Shown one piece after another: positions 11,901-20,779 of a stretch of 64,000 nucleotides of DNA (its first letter is position 1; the number at the start of each line of letters is the position of its first letter). The notes under the pieces were generated by a model. It worked only from the letters and a program-made list of their open reading frames with translations. It was not told the origin of the DNA and searched no databases. The DNA comes from Coleofasciculus sp. B1-GNL1-01 (GTDB taxonomy: Bacteria > Cyanobacteriota > Cyanobacteriia > Cyanobacteriales > Coleofasciculaceae). The position numbers and the translations under genes were made by a program. Location: assembly GCA_040220235.1 (NCBI GenBank), contig JAVJTO010000048.1; one strand, written 5' to 3'.

Positions 11901-12333
11901 CCGCCCAGCCGCGTTACCTGCTGCACCTGAACCACCACCCCCTACGCCAACCCCCAGGCGATCGCCCCAACTGGTTCTTATTGTCGATGATTCGATTACC
12001 GTGCGCCAAAGCTTAACCTTTACCTTACAAAAGGCGGGCTATCAGATTCTCCAGGCAAAAGATGGGTATGAAGCCATTGAACAACTGCAAAATCATGGAG
12101 AGATTCAAGTAGTGATATGCGACATTGAAATGCCGCGCATGAACGGATTTGAGTTTCTCAAATACCGCCAACAGGAGCCAGAACTAGCCAAGATTCCTGT
12201 TTTAATTTTGACCTCTCGCAGTAGCGAAAAACACCGTTTAATTGCCACTGAGTTAGGGGCAAATGATTATATCACCAAGCCATTTATCGAACCTCAGTTG
12301 TTAGAGACCGTGCAGCAATTCATCAACACTTAG
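8965..12333 (+). CDS. cheA: CheA-like hybrid histidine kinase (Hpt, HATPase, CheW, REC)
   Basis: HTLKG Hpt; HLIRNAFDHGIE; DDGQG; SGRGIGMDVV; C-terminal REC; long acidic linker. Confidence 0.93.
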   Translation: MNDPNIREQSYHYFLEEAPELMGIIEQELLDLRANFSVNKVHHLMRTTHTLKGAAASVELETIKTVAHSLEDIFKTLFNPDVVIDAEVEALLFEGYECLRLPLTAEVMGGKINEAEVLDRTAAVFAKLQEKLGDCFDQQANIPSSLELGFDVTQSIFEVGVSQRLDQITEALASNDPSVMADTLRSQAEVLLGVAESMNLPGFAAIASSAIAALENYPDQAEMITQIALADFQAGQKAVLNGDRTQGGQPSQSLQELAGVVDGDLEDAAPAAAPENVWEADLSDSEVNEELAASDAYAADSAYPNEEFSQPPITDSADFQLDATDLTPLLDIDINEYEDYSVSEPETEGVEEPDSADLLDSVWGNISVSESTTEEDVPVESESESEEVFPVFKTPANNFQDSIPESVPTPPVEAEEPLMDYVLPSARVQQESVPETQPQTVRVNIDHLEHLNYAVGELLTYQNRQSLQDEQLQSAVRLVLTRLQQHQQLLDELQDWHDRQLHRSQQKRMNLRGRKRREAIQEKPSLAWQNPQTTIPNYFDPLELDSYNEPQLLIQSLMDDTAQLTEATESIEVFASQFNQTFDKQRRLLTSIRDTLMEARLLPLGTLFRRFPRVLQQLEVTHNKSVELYMDGTEVLVDKVVVQKLYDPLLHLIRNAFDHGIESPEVRQESGKTRQGTIAIDAYHQNRYLVIEVRDDGQGLNFEKIRQRAVEQRLIDAEQARRLSPAELAEFLFEPGFSTASGLSDLSGRGIGMDVVRSQVESLQGSVTVYSQPYHGTTFRLQIPLNLTIAKLLLMEAGGQTYALLSDAIEQIIIPSPERLRCWDEGKVLRWGTGKDEQLIPIFSLAEVLDYHIPQPKTLVLSSQRPLVEQTAKMSVILIRCQNRLLGLEVNQLVGEQELVIRPLGSMIAPPDYVYGGCILADGGLALVLDGTTLMQSIADQQTAKSPPEFTSDFQSSMVALTGSTSVASDRNQRQLSPSRPAALPAAPEPPPPTPTPRRSPQLVLIVDDSITVRQSLTFTLQKAGYQILQAKDGYEAIEQLQNHGEIQVVICDIEMPRMNGFEFLKYRQQEPELAKIPVLILTSRSSEKHRLIATELGANDYITKPFIEPQLLETVQQFINT

Positions 12334-12422
12334 ATGGTTATAACGTTCTGATTAATTTCCACCTGGAGAGGGATAAACGTGCTGCTGTATTTTGCATTCT
12401 GTCCTTTATCAACCAATAAACT

Positions 12423-12860
12423 ATGACCAGTGACACCCAAAAATATATCGTCTTTAAGATTAGCGACTGTCTAATTTCACTGCCCATGGATAACGTGTTA
12501 AAAGTGCTAAACACACCATCCAATGAGAGTGGTTGGAATGCCATGGGATTACTGCAAATTGGAGATTATACAATTCGGATTGTTGATTTACATCAACAGT
12601 TAAATCCTGACCATGACACCGATTCAACCAACTTGCAATCCTTTTTAGTCATTACCAACCCCATAGAAGGCGATCTCTTTGGCATTATCGTTGATGAACC
12701 GCCCAATTTAATTGAATTAAATCCTGACCTCATTCGTAAGTTACCTAAATATAACCGTCGCTTACCGATGGTAAGTCATGCGGCGATTCTCCAGGAGAAT
12801 GATAAAAAAACCACAATTTTCATGTTAGATTTATTTGAATTATTTAATCCAGTTGCATAA
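12423..12860 (+). CDS. cheW: Second CheW-like protein
   Basis: YIVFKI...GIIVDEPP pattern; follows cheA. Confidence 0.75.
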   Translation: MTSDTQKYIVFKISDCLISLPMDNVLKVLNTPSNESGWNAMGLLQIGDYTIRIVDLHQQLNPDHDTDSTNLQSFLVITNPIEGDLFGIIVDEPPNLIELNPDLIRKLPKYNRRLPMVSHAAILQENDKKTTIFMLDLFELFNPVA

Positions 12861-12902
12861 ACTTCGTCATTTGTCCTTTGTCCTTCGTCTTATGTCATTT
12901 GT

Positions 12903-13038
12903 AAGAACCGTAGGGTGCGTTAGGCGTAATCAATTATATTGATCATCCTGTTAATGGGAATGTCGCCGTAACGCACCATTATTCTGGTCAAGGCAAAAAA
13001 GGGCTAAATGCCCTTACTACAAACGGCGCGATCGCACT
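12903..13038. repeat. Direct repeat copy A (REP pair + GGGCTAAATGCCC REP + HIP1)
   Basis: Similar over its length to 16394-16530; its 3' half matches 15412-15474. Confidence 0.85.
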
Positions 13039-13058
13039 CCTCACGACTGATGAAACAG

Positions 13059-13664
13059 TTAGCGTAACGCTCGCCCATCTGTTCCTTTTTCGATACGTTG
13101 AACAGACGGCGAAGTCCGATCATGTTCTACCTCAATGACAGCTAAAATTCCTTCCTCAACAGGGACAGAACGCCACAGAGGAAAATAGGGTTCAATCTCA
13201 AGAAAATTACCGATACGGTCTGTCAACCACTGGTACATTTCCCGTGAGGGTACAATCAGCAAGCCTCCAACTATTGCACGTTGAAGCAGTCCAATTGCAA
13301 TTTTGTTCAACGCCCGGTGGCTTGAGGATACATTACCTGTTTCCCATTCAACGACGAATTGTCTATCATTAGAGAGTGTTTTAACTGCATCCACTGGACT
13401 AGGGCGAGCATTGGTTATGATCTTCATCCGTTTTTCCCGTTGCCAGCCAAACTGCTCATCTAGGACAGTGATACAGCTTTCTTTTATCGGTTTTACACCA
13501 TTTTTATGTTTCTTGTTTTCCTCACGCAGGATAAACTGATTATTGCCTGGGGGCCAGTGAACTGCACGAATAGCAGCATAAACTTCTTTCAGGACTTGCT
13601 CAAATTCCTCTGTGTCTGCAAACTGCCCTTTTCTGATTAGAAACTCAGTCCTGTTTATCTTCAT
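13059..13664 (-). CDS. BamHI-family type II restriction endonuclease
   Basis: NGVKPIKE, PVD, EWETGNVSSSHRALNK, LTDRIGNFLEIEPYF and KGTDG align with my recollection of BamHI motifs. Confidence 0.88.
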   Translation of the reverse strand: MKINRTEFLIRKGQFADTEEFEQVLKEVYAAIRAVHWPPGNNQFILREENKKHKNGVKPIKESCITVLDEQFGWQREKRMKIITNARPSPVDAVKTLSNDRQFVVEWETGNVSSSHRALNKIAIGLLQRAIVGGLLIVPSREMYQWLTDRIGNFLEIEPYFPLWRSVPVEEGILAVIEVEHDRTSPSVQRIEKGTDGRALR

Positions 13665-13884
13665 TCAGCAGGTTTTCTACTTCAGCCACTATGGATGTAG
13701 CCGACACACCAAGCGCTTCTGCAAGCCTGATAATCGTTGATAGGGTAGGTTGTCTTAGCCCCCCTTCTAGACGAGAAATAAATGTTCGATCAAGCTGACT
13801 TCGGAAGGAAAGTTCTTCTTGTGAAAGTCGTTTTGCCTTCCTAAGACGCTGAAGAACCTTCCCAAATGCTTTTTCTGGCGTCAC
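13645..13884 (-). CDS. R-M controller (C) protein, XRE HTH
   Basis: FGKVLQRLRKAKRLSQEELS...LDRTFISRLEGGLRQPTL; overlaps the REase start. Confidence 0.85.
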   Translation of the reverse strand: MTPEKAFGKVLQRLRKAKRLSQEELSFRSQLDRTFISRLEGGLRQPTLSTIIRLAEALGVSATSIVAEVENLLNEDKQD

Positions 13885-13930
13885 GGTGTATCCTCCAAAC
13901 TAGAGGGTATCCTGGTTGACGGAACGATGC

Positions 13931-13949
13931 AGTTGCCTATAGGCTACAA
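13931..13949 (-). promoter_or_regulatory. Candidate C-box operator
   Basis: Minus strand TTGTAGCCTATAGGCAACT, palindromic around TATA, about 50 bp upstream of the C gene; resembles GAC-TATA-GTC-type C boxes. Confidence 0.5.
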
Positions 13950-14102
13950 AAACCTAACCTCAGTCGAATGGTACTGACTGGTATGTTGGTGGGTTTCGAC
14001 TTCGCTCAACCCACTCTACGGTATATCAATGGTTTTGGCGATGCCCTAATGCTTATTGAGCGTGCCATTCAATCTCAGTCTGATTGACATAACGGAGAAA
14101 AA

Positions 14103-15401
14103 TTGCTCATGTCTGTCGCTTATCCATTTTTTCAAGCCATCGGGATCAAATTCGATGATTTAGCTGCGATTAAGCAATTAGCGTCTAAAACAGGCATTTC
14201 TGTTAAACGACTGAGATACTACGATAAAAATAGAATTCTGCCTTCAGAGACAGACTTAGAGAAAATTTGTTCGGTGACAAATATTCCTCTCCTAAAACTT
14301 AAGTTGTTAATGGGTTGTCTGGATCGGAAAACCATTGCCGCCATACAGAATAAGGCTGAAGAAATTTATGAACTTATTAAATCTGATAGTCCATCCTTGC
14401 CTGCTGAGACAACGACGCCAAAATTAATGCTCGAAACGGATTATGGACAGTTATATCAGGGAGATTGCCTAGACTTGATGCGCGACATGGAAGCAGAAAC
14501 TGTTGATTTAGTTTTTGCTGATCCTCCTTTTAATCTCAGTAAACACTATCCTTCAGGAATAGATGATAATTTAAACAAATCGGATTATTTAGAGTGGTGT
14601 GAACTTTGGCTCAATGAATGTATTCGCATCTTAAAGCCTGCTGGGAGTTTATTCCTCTGGAATCTGCCTAAGTGGAATAGTCATCTATCTGGATTTCTGA
14701 ATAACCGCCTGACATTTAGGCACTGGATATCTGTTGATATTAAATACAGATTTCCTATTGCTGGACGATTATATCCTTCCCATTATTCACTCCTTTACTA
14801 TTGTAAGGGGGAAAAGCCAAAAACCTTTCATCCGGATAGGCTTCCCCTAGAGATATGCTCAAACTGTTACCGGGAGTTGCGCGATTACGGAGGTTATAAA
14901 CATAAAATGAATCCTAGAGGTGTCAATCTAACCGATGTCTGGTATGATATCCCACCTGTTAGACACAAGCGTTATAAGCAGCGAGAAGGAGCGAATGAAC
15001 TTTCTATTAAACTGATAGATCGGATTATTGAAATGGCATCTGATCAAGGAGATATTGTTTTTGATCCGTTTGGTGGTGCAGGGACAACTTATGTCGTCGC
15101 AGAGATGAAACATCGCCGTTGGCTGGGTATTGAGATTGGTTCCGTCGATGATATTTTAAGCCGTTTCCAGAAACTTGATCAGGAACGTGATTATTTACAA
15201 CAAATTCGAGAGGATTATAATTGTCTGTTTACCAACAAAACATTGAAGGTAAGGAGGGAGAAGGGACTCTGGACTTCGGAATCGGTTAGAGAAAAAGCAC
15301 AGATGTGTGGAAAAACACCAGGGAAGCGTAATCAGAAAGCTTTAGCTATTCAAACTGAACTGGATTTCTCAGGACTTAATAATCGGTCAAAGCCTACCTA
15401 G
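14103..15401 (+). CDS. M.BamHI-like beta-class N4-cytosine DNA methyltransferase with N-terminal HTH-like extension
   Basis: FADPPFN precedes DPFGGAGTT; DYGGYKHKMNPRG; divergent from C-R as in BamHI-type systems; ATG start likely at 14109. Confidence 0.88.
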   Translation: MLMSVAYPFFQAIGIKFDDLAAIKQLASKTGISVKRLRYYDKNRILPSETDLEKICSVTNIPLLKLKLLMGCLDRKTIAAIQNKAEEIYELIKSDSPSLPAETTTPKLMLETDYGQLYQGDCLDLMRDMEAETVDLVFADPPFNLSKHYPSGIDDNLNKSDYLEWCELWLNECIRILKPAGSLFLWNLPKWNSHLSGFLNNRLTFRHWISVDIKYRFPIAGRLYPSHYSLLYYCKGEKPKTFHPDRLPLEICSNCYRELRDYGGYKHKMNPRGVNLTDVWYDIPPVRHKRYKQREGANELSIKLIDRIIEMASDQGDIVFDPFGGAGTTYVVAEMKHRRWLGIEIGSVDDILSRFQKLDQERDYLQQIREDYNCLFTNKTLKVRREKGLWTSESVREKAQMCGKTPGKRNQKALAIQTELDFSGLNNRSKPT

Positions 15402-15411
15402 ATCAGGACAG

Positions 15412-15474
15412 CATGATTCGGGTCAAGGTAAAGAAGGGCTAAATGCCCTTACTACAAACGGCGCGATCGCACTC
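15412..15474. repeat. Direct repeat copy B (partial, ends just after HIP1)
   Basis: catgattcgggtcaaggtaaagaagggctaaatgcccttactacaaacggcGCGATCGCactc. Confidence 0.85.
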
Positions 15475-15492
15475 ACAAAAATGTGATTATTC

Positions 15493-15870
15493 TTAGCCAA
15501 GGGTTAATAATCTTTCTGGAAAATCTACTACAAGTCGTTTAAGTTGGAGCCAATACACACCTAAAAGAATATCTTCCAGTTCATCTCCACCCAAAGCTTC
15601 AATGGTGAACGCCTCTCCATCCAAAAGCACAGTCCCTTCGTAAAGATTAAACTGTGCTTCTCCCCATGCTGTTTGCATATCCTTTTGTTCAGTTTTAAGT
15701 AGCCAGCCTAAACTCTCTGCATCTTGGTTATTAATTGCCAGCCAACCTGTAAATCCTGTATCCAGAATTGCTTGAATTGGAATACTATCACTATCAACGG
15801 CAATTAATTCAATTTCAAAAATCAACTCCCCCTTACTGTTAAATTCGCCTGAAATCATATCCTGCCGCAA
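15493..15870 (-). CDS. Clan AA retropepsin-like aspartyl protease
   Basis: AILDTGFTG catalytic motif and ILLG; true start probably MISGEF (15858). Confidence 0.8.
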   Translation of the reverse strand: MRQDMISGEFNSKGELIFEIELIAVDSDSIPIQAILDTGFTGWLAINNQDAESLGWLLKTEQKDMQTAWGEAQFNLYEGTVLLDGEAFTIEALGGDELEDILLGVYWLQLKRLVVDFPERLLTLG

Positions 15871-16172
15871 GTTCCTGTCTGATTAATACGCATGATGAGA
15901 CGTTTAGAATTAGGATGGTTTTCACGAGCTTTTTTTCGAGCAACGGTTTCATCTGGGTCAATAAAATAATCTCCGCTTTCTGGCTCTATGACAATAAACC
16001 AATCATAGTGATGTTTGATAAGTTCAGGTTTAACTCGGTCAAAAACCACACGACAATTCCGATAAAAGCTTTCATTTTCTGCGCGGCGTTTGGCTTTCTC
16101 TTCTGGCGAGAGACGACGTTCGGGAAATACTCGTCCTTTACGGACAACGCGATTAGACGATAACTGACTCAT
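15855..16172 (-). CDS. Small hypothetical partner of the aspartyl protease (DUF5678-like)
   Basis: WFIVIEPESGDYFID pattern; stop overlaps the protease start. Confidence 0.65.
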   Translation of the reverse strand: MSQLSSNRVVRKGRVFPERRLSPEEKAKRRAENESFYRNCRVVFDRVKPELIKHHYDWFIVIEPESGDYFIDPDETVARKKARENHPNSKRLIMRINQTGTCGRI

Positions 16173-16393
16173 ATTGGGTTCTACCTGTCTAAGATGAAAA
16201 TTAGTGTAATCCTCTTTCTTAGTTTAGTATAGTAAGATTTGAAGATTTGCAATAAGGTTCGTCAAAGCGATCGCATCAAACGAACGCTCCCACGAGTCAG
16301 ACTCACCAGCGCTAGATCAGGGTACGATAATCAGAGTGCCCCTACCGGATCAATTCGCTCTAAATAGTGGTAAAGGCATCGCACTATTAAAGG

Positions 16394-16530
16394 AAGAACC
16401 GTAGGGTGCGTTAGGCGTAATCACTCATATTTGTTATCCTTCTAATAGAAATGTCGCCGTAACGCACCATGATTCGGGTCAAGGTAAAGAAGGGCTAAAG
16501 TTCCCTTACTACAAACGGCGCGATCGCACT
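16394..16530. repeat. Direct repeat copy C
   Basis: Matches copy A from aagaaccgtagggtgcgttaggcgtaat to GCGATCGCact. Confidence 0.85.
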
Positions 16531-16571
16531 GCACGTTCCGAGTTCCGAACTCCAAATGCTGTGTTTTTGGG

Positions 16572-16860
16572 TCAGGACTTACGCACCTACACCCTATACA
16601 TGGATTAAGGTGCGTTACGCTTCGCTAACACACCCTACATTTAGAGCCTTGGCGTAATATCATGTCCGGTTGAATACCCATAATTACGGTGATGGGGAGA
16701 GGGGGAGATGCGGTGAGGGTGAGTAGGGGCTTGGGTTTTGGAGTCCGTACATTTTTATAGCAACCGCCATAGCGGTTAGGACACATCATTTATGTTCCAG
16801 ACGCGCCATGGCGCGTCTCTACTATGGGTGAAAAGGTAACAGGGGAATGTCCTAACGTAT
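16572..16860. repeat. Nested REP/MITE remnants
   Basis: tcaggacttacgca end; ggtgcgttacgcttcgctaacacaccctac; agacgcgccatggcgcgtctctac, with a second copy plus flanks at 29361-29424. Confidence 0.6.
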
Positions 16861-16873
16861 CCCCATCATCTTG

Positions 16874-19800
16874 TCACCCCCTAGATAGGGCTTCCTGCCA
16901 AATTTCGTAGTTATAGAACTTGCAGTTTTCTTGGATAGCGAGGATGACGCTGAGGGCATTTTTACCAGAATCAGTTGGGATTAAGGTGAGGAGATGGGGG
17001 AGGTATTGAGTGATGGCTTCTGTGTTTTTCTTGGCGATTTCACCTAAGGCATCGGTGGCACTCCTATGCACCCAATACTCAGAATCTTCCACCAGTTTTA
17101 GCAAGGCAGGAATCGCCGCCTGTGAACCGATTTTACCTAAGGCTTCTGCGGCACTCCTACGCACAGAAGAATCCGAATCTTCCAGCCGTTTTAGCAAACT
17201 AGGAATCGCTGTTTCTGAACCAATTTTACCTAACGCATAGGCGGCACTACTACGCACATGATAATCCGAATATTCTACCAGTTTTAGCAATGCAGAAATT
17301 GTCCTCTCTGAACCAATTTTACCTAAGGCATCGGCGGCACTACTACGCACACCAGAATCCGAATCTTTTATCAGTTTAAATAACGCAAAAATTACCTTCT
17401 CTGAACCAATTTTACCTAAGGCTTTAGCTGCACTTCTACGCACATCAGAATCCGAATCTTCCACCAGTTTTAGCAATGCACAAATTGCCCTCTTTGAACC
17501 GATTTTACCTAAGGCATCGGCGGCTCTCCTACGCACAGAATAGTTAGAATCTTCTACCAGTTTGAGCAAGGCAGTAATCGCTGTCTGTGAACTGATATTA
17601 CCTAAGGCTTTAGCGGCGCTCCAACGCACAGAATAGTTAGAATCTTCCACCAGTTTGAGTAAGACAGTAATTGCTGTCTGTGAACTGATATTACCTAAGG
17701 ATTCAGCCGCACTACTACGCACAGAGCAATCCGAATCTTCTACCAGTTTGAGTAAGACAGTAGTCGCCCTCTCAGAACCGATTTTAACTAAGGAATTTGT
17801 GGCACTACTACGCACAAAAGAGTCAGGATGTTTTACTAGTTTGAGTAAGGTGGGAATTACCCTCTCTGAATCGATTTTAACTAACGCATAGGCGGCACTC
17901 TTACGCACATTACAATCCGAATCTTTTACCAGTTTTAGCAATGCAGAAATTGCCCTCTCGGAACCAATTTTACCCAAGGAAATTGTAGCCATCCAACGCA
18001 CATAATAGTCAGAGTCTTTTGCTAGTTCAAGAAAGGCAGAAATAGCTGTCTGTGAACTGATATTACTCAAGGCTTCAGCGGCTCTATAACGTACAGAAGA
18101 GTCAGAATGTTTTACCAGTTTGAGTAAAACAGTAATCGCTCTCTCAGAACCAATTTTTCCTAAGGCATCGGTGGCACTACTACGCACAGAGCAATCCGAA
18201 TCTTTCACCAGTTTGAGTAAGACAGTAATCGCCCTCTTGGAACCGATATAACCTAACGCATTGGCGGCATTGCAACGTACACCATAATCCGAATCTTCCA
18301 CCAGTTTAAGCAAGGCAGAAATTGCCCTCTCGGAACCGATATAACCTAACGCATCGGCGGCTCTCCTCCGCACATAAGTATGAGAATCTTCCACCAGTTT
18401 GAGCAAGGCAGGAATCGCCCTCTCGGAACCGATATAACCTAACGCATTGGCGGCACTACAACGCACACGATAATCCGAATCTTCCACCAGTTTAAGCAAA
18501 CCGGGAATGGCACTATCCGATCGCGTCTCCTCCAAATACTGAATCTTTAACCAAGCGGGTACATCCAACGCCTCCACATACCCAACTGTCTGTTCCTGAA
18601 ACTCTGGCTTTACCTCCCCTGCTAACCGCGCTCCTAACCGCCAATCCACTTCTAGTGCCAATTGCACCACCTGCACCGCTCGCCTATCCTCCACCAGCGC
18701 CAACATCAACGCGATTGGCTCTGTCCACTTCAGATAGTTGAGATACTCCCGCTTCAGCACCTTATCACTCAACATTGGCAACCGTGCCAACAATGCCTCT
18801 GCTGCGTAATATTCCTGAATCAGTTGATGGCGAAACTCTAACTCTTCATTACCTGTTCCCGCCTGAATTAGATGATACTTCTGCAAATCCCGCAGACATT
18901 TGCGGGCAAAATCCTCGCCATACGCCACTTTGCCATGGAGAAATTGCGCGATCGCCTGTACTGCTTCTTCCCGTGGAATCCCTACCCGTAGTTCCGTCGG
19001 TGTCTCCCCCTGCATCATTACCCACGCCAACTGTTGCAGCACCGATTTCCACCAGTCGCGATCGCTCTCAATCACGACATCCTGTTTTAGGTTGCGCTCA
19101 TACCCCTGAGTAAATAACCGGAACACCAACCCCAAATTCTCTGGAATTTCGTTTGTCTGCTGAAACAAGCTACACAGCATCCACAGCAGTAACGGGGTTT
19201 GTCCAAACTCTCGTAAGCGATCACCCAGTTGGCGCAGCATTTCCTCCGCTTGTTCTGGCAAGTATGCACGGATAAACGCCTGCATTTGCGCTTCCGTGAG
19301 TGGCTGCATTTCCAGCTTTTTCTCAATCCCCAGATCTCCCCCCAGGCTCAAATCCCGTGTGGTGAAGATCATCGGCACTTTGGGATGATTGCGCCGAAAA
19401 TCAGAAAGCTGCGATCGTGCTTCTTCTGAGGGTAACTCATTCACCCCATCAAAGAGGATGAGGGAGCGAGACAACAGGGTTTCCAGTTGTGCCTCCCTTA
19501 AGGGGAGTTCATTTCGAGTAAAGGCATTGAGAATTAATTGGGTGATTGAACCTTGCCAGTAACGCAGTTCCACCAATACTGGAATCCTCCTAAGCTCCCC
19601 TCTCCCGTGCAACAAAAGCTCATCCGCCAGGGGTTCAAACCCCTGGCTCATAGCTAAAGTCCTCTGAAGAGGACTAATAATTGGTGGTTGAGTCGTCTTT
19701 AGACGACTTGGGCTATTAGGCAGGGACTTAAGTCCCTGACGGGCTTCGGGACAATGAATCAGCCCTGGGGAATGAGGGGGGTTGGCAGAGGGGCTGGAGT

Positions 19801-20776
19801 TTAGGACAGTTGTCGCCTCTTCCAACAGTAACCGTGCTAACGCCGTAGACTTTCCCGATCCGGGACGCCCGACTAACAAAACCTGCTCTTGGGCATACTT
19901 ACGCAGCCCTTCCAGCACAGAAAATCGCTCAACCTTCTCTTTCTGTCGCTGTTCTCGCTCTTTCTCTTCCTGTCGCTGTTCTGGCTCCTCCTTTTCCACC
20001 ATCTGCACCATCAACCCGAAGTCAAAAATCGGGGTCACATCTTCAGACTGCCGTTGTTTGCTTTCGGCATCGGTTAAGGTGTAAAGCTGCCACCACTTCT
20101 CATACTTGGTAGTAATTGCCGTTAAATAGGGCTGAAAATCAATGTCAGCCTGCTTTCCAACCAAATCCCGCCAGCGCCGATCGCGTTGATGAAACTGCTG
20201 CTGCAACTCTCGCAGTTGGGGGAACTGCTGCAAAATCGCCGTCGTTGGTACAGCACCACCCCCCAAATCAAACGAGCGATCGCGGGTAAACTTGACAATC
20301 CCACAAACCTTACCCGTTCGCTGATTCAGCAACGGTGCGCCACTCATCCCTGGACGCACCTGTCCCAATTTAAACTTAATTAATCCTGGCTCATCCCCGG
20401 TTAAACCTTCACAGTTAAACGTTACCGGACAGCCATTGTCAAACTCTTGATCCGGATAACCAAATAGATGGAGGGGATCGCGGGATTGAATCGCCCCATC
20501 CAAATACACACAAGGCGGATAATCATCAGTCGGAAGCGTCACCCGCAACAGCGCTAAATCATAAGGATCAGGGCGCAATTCCTCTACTACCGCCTGGGAC
20601 CAATTCTCCTGGGTTTGCCAGCGTACCTGAACCGGTTCCCCTTCTGCCTTTTTCACCACATGAGCGCAGGTGAGAATCCATTCTGGAGCCACAAAAAAGC
20701 CTGTTCCCCAACCCATGCGACCCGGAAGGGAAAGCTTCACCGTGCATTGTTGCAACAGATTCTCGACCCGACTCAT
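16874..20776 (-). CDS. Trypsin-like serine protease + NACHT/STAND NTPase + HEAT (PBS-lyase-like) repeats
   Basis: LTCAHVV, DLALL and GMSGAP trypsin triad; Walker A GRPGSGKST; Walker B LILFDGVNE; FRHQLIQEYYAA; about 16 repeats of 31 aa (LLKLVEDSD..VR..AA.ALG.IG). Confidence 0.92.
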   Translation of the reverse strand: MSRVENLLQQCTVKLSLPGRMGWGTGFFVAPEWILTCAHVVKKAEGEPVQVRWQTQENWSQAVVEELRPDPYDLALLRVTLPTDDYPPCVYLDGAIQSRDPLHLFGYPDQEFDNGCPVTFNCEGLTGDEPGLIKFKLGQVRPGMSGAPLLNQRTGKVCGIVKFTRDRSFDLGGGAVPTTAILQQFPQLRELQQQFHQRDRRWRDLVGKQADIDFQPYLTAITTKYEKWWQLYTLTDAESKQRQSEDVTPIFDFGLMVQMVEKEEPEQRQEEKEREQRQKEKVERFSVLEGLRKYAQEQVLLVGRPGSGKSTALARLLLEEATTVLNSSPSANPPHSPGLIHCPEARQGLKSLPNSPSRLKTTQPPIISPLQRTLAMSQGFEPLADELLLHGRGELRRIPVLVELRYWQGSITQLILNAFTRNELPLREAQLETLLSRSLILFDGVNELPSEEARSQLSDFRRNHPKVPMIFTTRDLSLGGDLGIEKKLEMQPLTEAQMQAFIRAYLPEQAEEMLRQLGDRLREFGQTPLLLWMLCSLFQQTNEIPENLGLVFRLFTQGYERNLKQDVVIESDRDWWKSVLQQLAWVMMQGETPTELRVGIPREEAVQAIAQFLHGKVAYGEDFARKCLRDLQKYHLIQAGTGNEELEFRHQLIQEYYAAEALLARLPMLSDKVLKREYLNYLKWTEPIALMLALVEDRRAVQVVQLALEVDWRLGARLAGEVKPEFQEQTVGYVEALDVPAWLKIQYLEETRSDSAIPGLLKLVEDSDYRVRCSAANALGYIGSERAIPALLKLVEDSHTYVRRRAADALGYIGSERAISALLKLVEDSDYGVRCNAANALGYIGSKRAITVLLKLVKDSDCSVRSSATDALGKIGSERAITVLLKLVKHSDSSVRYRAAEALSNISSQTAISAFLELAKDSDYYVRWMATISLGKIGSERAISALLKLVKDSDCNVRKSAAYALVKIDSERVIPTLLKLVKHPDSFVRSSATNSLVKIGSERATTVLLKLVEDSDCSVRSSAAESLGNISSQTAITVLLKLVEDSNYSVRWSAAKALGNISSQTAITALLKLVEDSNYSVRRRAADALGKIGSKRAICALLKLVEDSDSDVRRSAAKALGKIGSEKVIFALFKLIKDSDSGVRSSAADALGKIGSERTISALLKLVEYSDYHVRSSAAYALGKIGSETAIPSLLKRLEDSDSSVRRSAAEALGKIGSQAAIPALLKLVEDSEYWVHRSATDALGEIAKKNTEAITQYLPHLLTLIPTDSGKNALSVILAIQENCKFYNYEIWQEALSRG
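19625..19742. mobile_element. Four-hairpin palindromic element inserted in frame in the NACHT domain
   Basis: gccagggg/cccctggc, agtcctct/agaggact, agtcgtct/agacgact, cagggact/agtccctg. Confidence 0.75.
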
Positions 20777-20779
20777 GGT

